Shown here: positions 60,184-64,000 of the stretch, in pieces | Layout of the letters: every line of letters starts with the position of its first letter | Numbering within the stretch: the stretch's first letter is position 1 | Assembly (NCBI GenBank): GCA_038087875.1 | Contig: CM076000.1 | Location: forward strand, 1,550,001-1,614,000 | Direction of reading: 5' to 3' | Length of the DNA stretch: 64,000 nt | Origin: Malacoraja senta | Lineage: Eukaryota | Program-made: the position numbers and the translations under genes | The notes under the pieces: generated by a model | What the model was told of the DNA's origin: nothing | Seen by the model: only the letters and a program-made list of their open reading frames with translations | Database searches by the model: none

Positions 60184-60975
60184 AGATGTGGAGATTTATA
60201 AGGAGGTCAACCACGTTTGTGGCTGAAGGAAGCCATTAAGTGCAAATATGAAACCTGCCTCTATCAGATAAAAAAAGAGATCACTGTCCTCAATAAAGCA
60301 GAGGACTCAGTTCAAAGTGCACAAAATATTCAATGATTTCACATGTAGCAAAAGTTAATAGAAATAACAGCATATTTCATCTGCCAAAACAAGCATTCCC
60401 ATAGCATTCATACACGTACTTCAGACAAATCACCTACTTTCGGAACATCATACATGACATTGCCACACACTTCCCAACACTCCTTCCTCTCTTGCAGAAG
60501 AGGAGACTACAATGGCAGATTACAGGAAATTACTGGCGGGTAAGCCTGACCATGCCCCAGCTTCACCCATTTGCAGTGCTCTCTTTCTGCAGGGTCAAGT
60601 GCAGCAGCTGCTTGACTTGTTTTACTTTGATTATTTGGCCCTTCACTTCAGCATGTCACTGTTCCACAAACTCAACAGCAAGTCTAGCAATGGACCAGGC
60701 AGTCAGGTGCACTGACTTCCGATTTTGCATATATCTCAAATTTCTATCTTTCAGGTGCAGAAAACCAGGATATGCTGAGCCATAAAAAGCTCACTGTTGG
60801 AAATTCTGAATGGAACCAAAGGCTAATAGTTCATCTGAATCAGGTCCACATACAAAACATATACTGAATCATTGACCTCAAACAATTGTAAAATCAAAGC
60901 TAAATGCACAGTACAATTCATCTCCACTATTTCAATACCAAATTACACCAAATAAGGAATGCAATGGCATTTTAC

Positions 60976-61011
60976 CTTTGGGCAATTCACTGATGATTTC
61001 CTGCGACAAAG
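60976..61011 (-). CDS. ZDHHC20: ZDHHC20 36-nt cassette exon (LCRRKSSVNCPK)
   Basis: tatag acceptor and gtaaaa donor; phase 0-0; resembles the LCRRKSTENCPK insert recalled from mouse Zdhhc20. Confidence 0.85.
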
Positions 61012-61545
61012 CTATACACAAATAAAGACACACTTTAATGAAAACTACATTAATTCATTAATTCATGTGCCATGCAAATAGGCATGAATGGGATGGGATG
61101 GGAAAATCATGAATTGTCTATGCACAACATTCTATTTGTACACAATCATCTACTTGAAAATTGTGCCACCCATTGTGTCACCTGTTTTTGGAAGTAGGAC
61201 ACTTTTGCTCCTACATATGCATGCAAAGTTTATAGTGAAGCTATCACAGAAACTATACATCAACATTTCTGAATGTACATTTTATCTGCAAGTGTTAAGA
61301 GTTTGTTACAAGCTACAATTGCAGGTAGTGCCCAGCACATTGCATCTTTAGGACCTCTAGTCTAAGACAGTCGCACAGAATAAAGTAAATTAATAAACAG
61401 TTTAAAATTGTAGGTGTTTTGTTTAGGATAGGGGTTTAGAAGAACAAAACAGAAAGTGCTGGAGTACCTCAGCAGGCCAGGCAGGACCTGGGGAAGGTGC
61501 TTTGGGAGCATGTCAGCAAACAGCGATGAAAGTGTTAAAGTGTAA

Positions 61546-62012
61546 AGGGGCTGTCCCACTGCGGCGACCTAATTGGCGAGTTGAGAAGAGTTTGAAAAAG
61601 TGTCATGTTGAAGACCTCCTTCGACTATGTTGAAGACTGGCTTCGACAAGCTTCGGGAAAATTGGACACTGAATAGTGGAGAGTGAAGACGACCTCCTTC
61701 GATCTCCTTTGACCTCCTTTCGACTATGTTGAAGACTATCTACGACTACCTTCGATTACCTTCGACTACCCTCGATTACCTACGAATAACATACCGACCT
61801 ACTACGACCTACTTCGACTAAATCTACGTGTAAATAAAAGACCGATTTTTTCCATGGCGACCTTTTTTTACTCGCGGGTATTTTTCAGCATGTTGAAAAA
61901 TACGCCGCAACCTAGCTGAGGCCTCGAGTACACGGGGACTACTCTCGAGCATGAAGGAGAGTTACGAAGACCTCCAAGGACCTCGTGTCGACCATGCTGC
62001 GAGTATGGTCGA
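61546..62012. mobile_element. Truncated Harbinger-type element related to 18482-19186
   Basis: TAA then the same TIR; array of TTCGAC/TACGAC subterminal motifs; internal part resembles the reverse complement of ~18530-18700. Confidence 0.8.
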
Positions 62013-62149
62013 CAATAATTTTATTATTAATATTACCTTGAAAATGTATGAATTTGTATTTGTGTGTAGTCAGAGTTTCATAAATCTGACCATTCATATG
62101 CCGGGGAGCCACTGTAATCTAATTTAGTTTTGGCTTTTACAGTCATAGT

Positions 62150-62290
62150 CTTAGTGTGAAACAGGCCTTTCGGCACAACTTGGCCACACTGGTCAACATG
62201 TCCCATCTACACTCGTCCCACCTGCCTGCATTTGGCCCATATCCCTCTAAACCCATCCTGTTAATGTACCTGTCTAATTGTTTCTTAATG
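62150..62290 (-). mobile_element. CR1/SINE-type 3' tail fragment
   Basis: aaacaggccttt...catttggcccatatccctctaaacc motif shared with 12240 and 44180. Confidence 0.65.
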
Positions 62291-62788
62291 TTTTACTTTT
62301 CTTTTGCAACTTGATAATCAATGCATAAAATAATATTTCTGTTTTTTTGAAGCAATACACCAATGTCTGAAACTGTGAGCCAGTATTTGTAACTGTATCT
62401 AATTTATAAATACTACACAGAAATTATGCTTTTTATTATGTATATTAAATTTGGAATGCAGCTCAGGACCATATTCAAAAAATGAATATCAATTAAATTT
62501 GCCAGGATTATGTTGGCTGATATATAAATAAAAGCACAGAAGAAATTAGTGTAATACCATTACAATATAATATTTCAACTATGAAGAGGTGAATATTTAG
62601 CTATGCCCATTTGTTTATCAACCAATTTCTGAAATTTAAAATTTGCAAATGGATTCTCTTACAATAAAAATAAAACAATTTGTACTTTAGAGTTAGTTTA
62701 GCATTCTCAAAATAGACTGAACTGCAAAGGGTTACTTCATCTATCGAAACATTGGTTAAAATGCATAATTCAAACAGGTGACACTCAC

Positions 62789-62887
62789 AATTTTTGCTGC
62801 TACATGACTGAGGACTAATATCTGATGCACAACGCTAAAGGAGCACATGGCAAATAAGCTGGTGTCATGCACTGATGATAATGAGGA
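62789..62887 (-). CDS. Candidate extra 99-nt in-frame ZDHHC20 cassette exon (SSLSSVHDTSLFAMCSFSVVHQILVLSHVAAKI)
   Basis: Strong ttttctgcag acceptor and ATT|gtgagt donor; 33 codons, no stop; no homology recognised. Confidence 0.35.
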
Positions 62888-64000
62888 CTGCAGAAAACAT
62901 GTTACATCCTTTTTGGGAATAATGAAGGAAACATTAGCCAAGATAAATAAGATACTTTGAATAAGTTGGACTGACGCTATCAGAAGAGCTGTTACATGTG
63001 GAAAGCAGTTTACACCATTTCCCCAAATGACTTGCAGAGTTTCTCTTCAGAACAACACCAAGGATGCTACCAGTGTCATAAAACAAAATTTCAACAGAGA
63101 TATTTACCTATTGAACACAGTATCATGCTGGTGTATGGTTGAGTATACCAGCATCCCTCTTGTACATTATCCAATTGGTCATTCCTCACATGGGTAATCC
63201 AACACTAATTAGTTGGGCTAGTTAATGATATGGCATTACATTAGATTCCAACATAACTTTACTTTAAGTCCACACTTGTATCTTTCCACCATGTGCCATT
63301 GCAATTAATTGCCCAAACACATGGATCCTATATTAAGCACCCTTGGAGCTAATCCAGAACATAACATAGATCCCCTTTATTTATGTTGATTGGTACAATA
63401 TCAAACCAAGTCACCTGGGGAGCTGGGTTCACCTGTTTCTGAATAAGTTTAGCTAAACATTATTTAATGGAATATAACGGTTTTAGATACGATGCAAAAA
63501 ATGATTTAACTAATGTTACTAATGTAATTGAAAATATTGTTTGAAAATATTGGACCTGTGTGATGCAAATAGTGTTCCCTAATTCATCACTTATATCATA
63601 TCCATCTTGTGTTATTGAAACACGTGTTATAGCAGAACTATTTAGAAAAACTTACTACTCACTAAAATCTGGTATTTAAGTTTATATACAAATAAAAATG
63701 AATGCATCACAGACCAGACTCCCCACCATTGATTCCATCTGTACTTCAAGCTGCTTCAGAAAAACAGCCAACTTATTCAAACATTTCTCCCACCCAGTCA
63801 TCCCTTCTTCTCCCTATTCCTGTTGGGCAGAAGATAATAAAGCTTGAAAGCGTAGACCACCAGACTCAGGAACAACTTATTTCCCTCTGTTATCAGATTT
63901 TTGAATGGTCCATCCATAAGTTAGGATATATCCTGAATCATCTCTGCTCCTTTGCATTCATTGAGCTTCGTCGCTTGAACTGGTGCCCTACAATGTTTAG

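Noticed and set aside
60492..60785. Two overlapping + strand ORFs in a ZDHHC20 intron
   Set aside because: No recognisable domain or exon chain; could be conserved non-coding sequence but unsupported here
61610..61830. Array of TTCGAC/TACGAC repeats resembling a CRISPR-like array
   Set aside because: Short irregular motifs with no constant repeat/unique spacer structure; directly inside a Harbinger-type TIR; eukaryotic context

Overview
Eukaryotic, repeat-dense vertebrate DNA. It is most likely from a cartilaginous fish (skate/ray-like), judged from HE1-type V-SINEs with CR1 tails and abundant Penelope-derived repeats. Three spliced genes are supported by GT-AG exon chains and protein similarity recalled from vertebrate orthologues. 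SAP18 (+) has its last three exons at 2944-8599. SKA3 (-) is complete, about 443 aa, with 8 coding exons at 11707-29062, a non-coding first exon and an E2F/CHR/NRF1-type promoter near 31.7-31.8 kb. The 3' half of ZDHHC20 (-) runs from about 40.4 kb past the window end. The order matches the mammalian SAP18-SKA3-(MRPL57)-ZDHHC20 block, but no MRPL57 ORF was seen. Most other sequence is mobile DNA: Tc1 copies, Harbinger and pogo-like MITEs, two non-autonomous Helitrons, CR1/L2/L1/Tx1/Rex-Babar/Nimb-like LINE fragments, V-SINEs, Penelope GIY-YIG elements and an internally deleted class I ERV with both LTRs. The most interesting observations are: (1) a dense family of short Penelope-derived repeats carrying minimal hammerhead-ribozyme cores, including a TSD-flanked inverted insertion; (2) a Tc1 shell enclosing a cell-cycle-promoter-like cargo in a ZDHHC20 intron; (3) a ~4.7 kb hAT-like composite packed with young insertions, palindromes and an orphan Tudor-like ORF; (4) candidate cassette exons in ZDHHC20. 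Most ORFs in the supplied track are non-genic. All alignments were done by eye; no searches were run.
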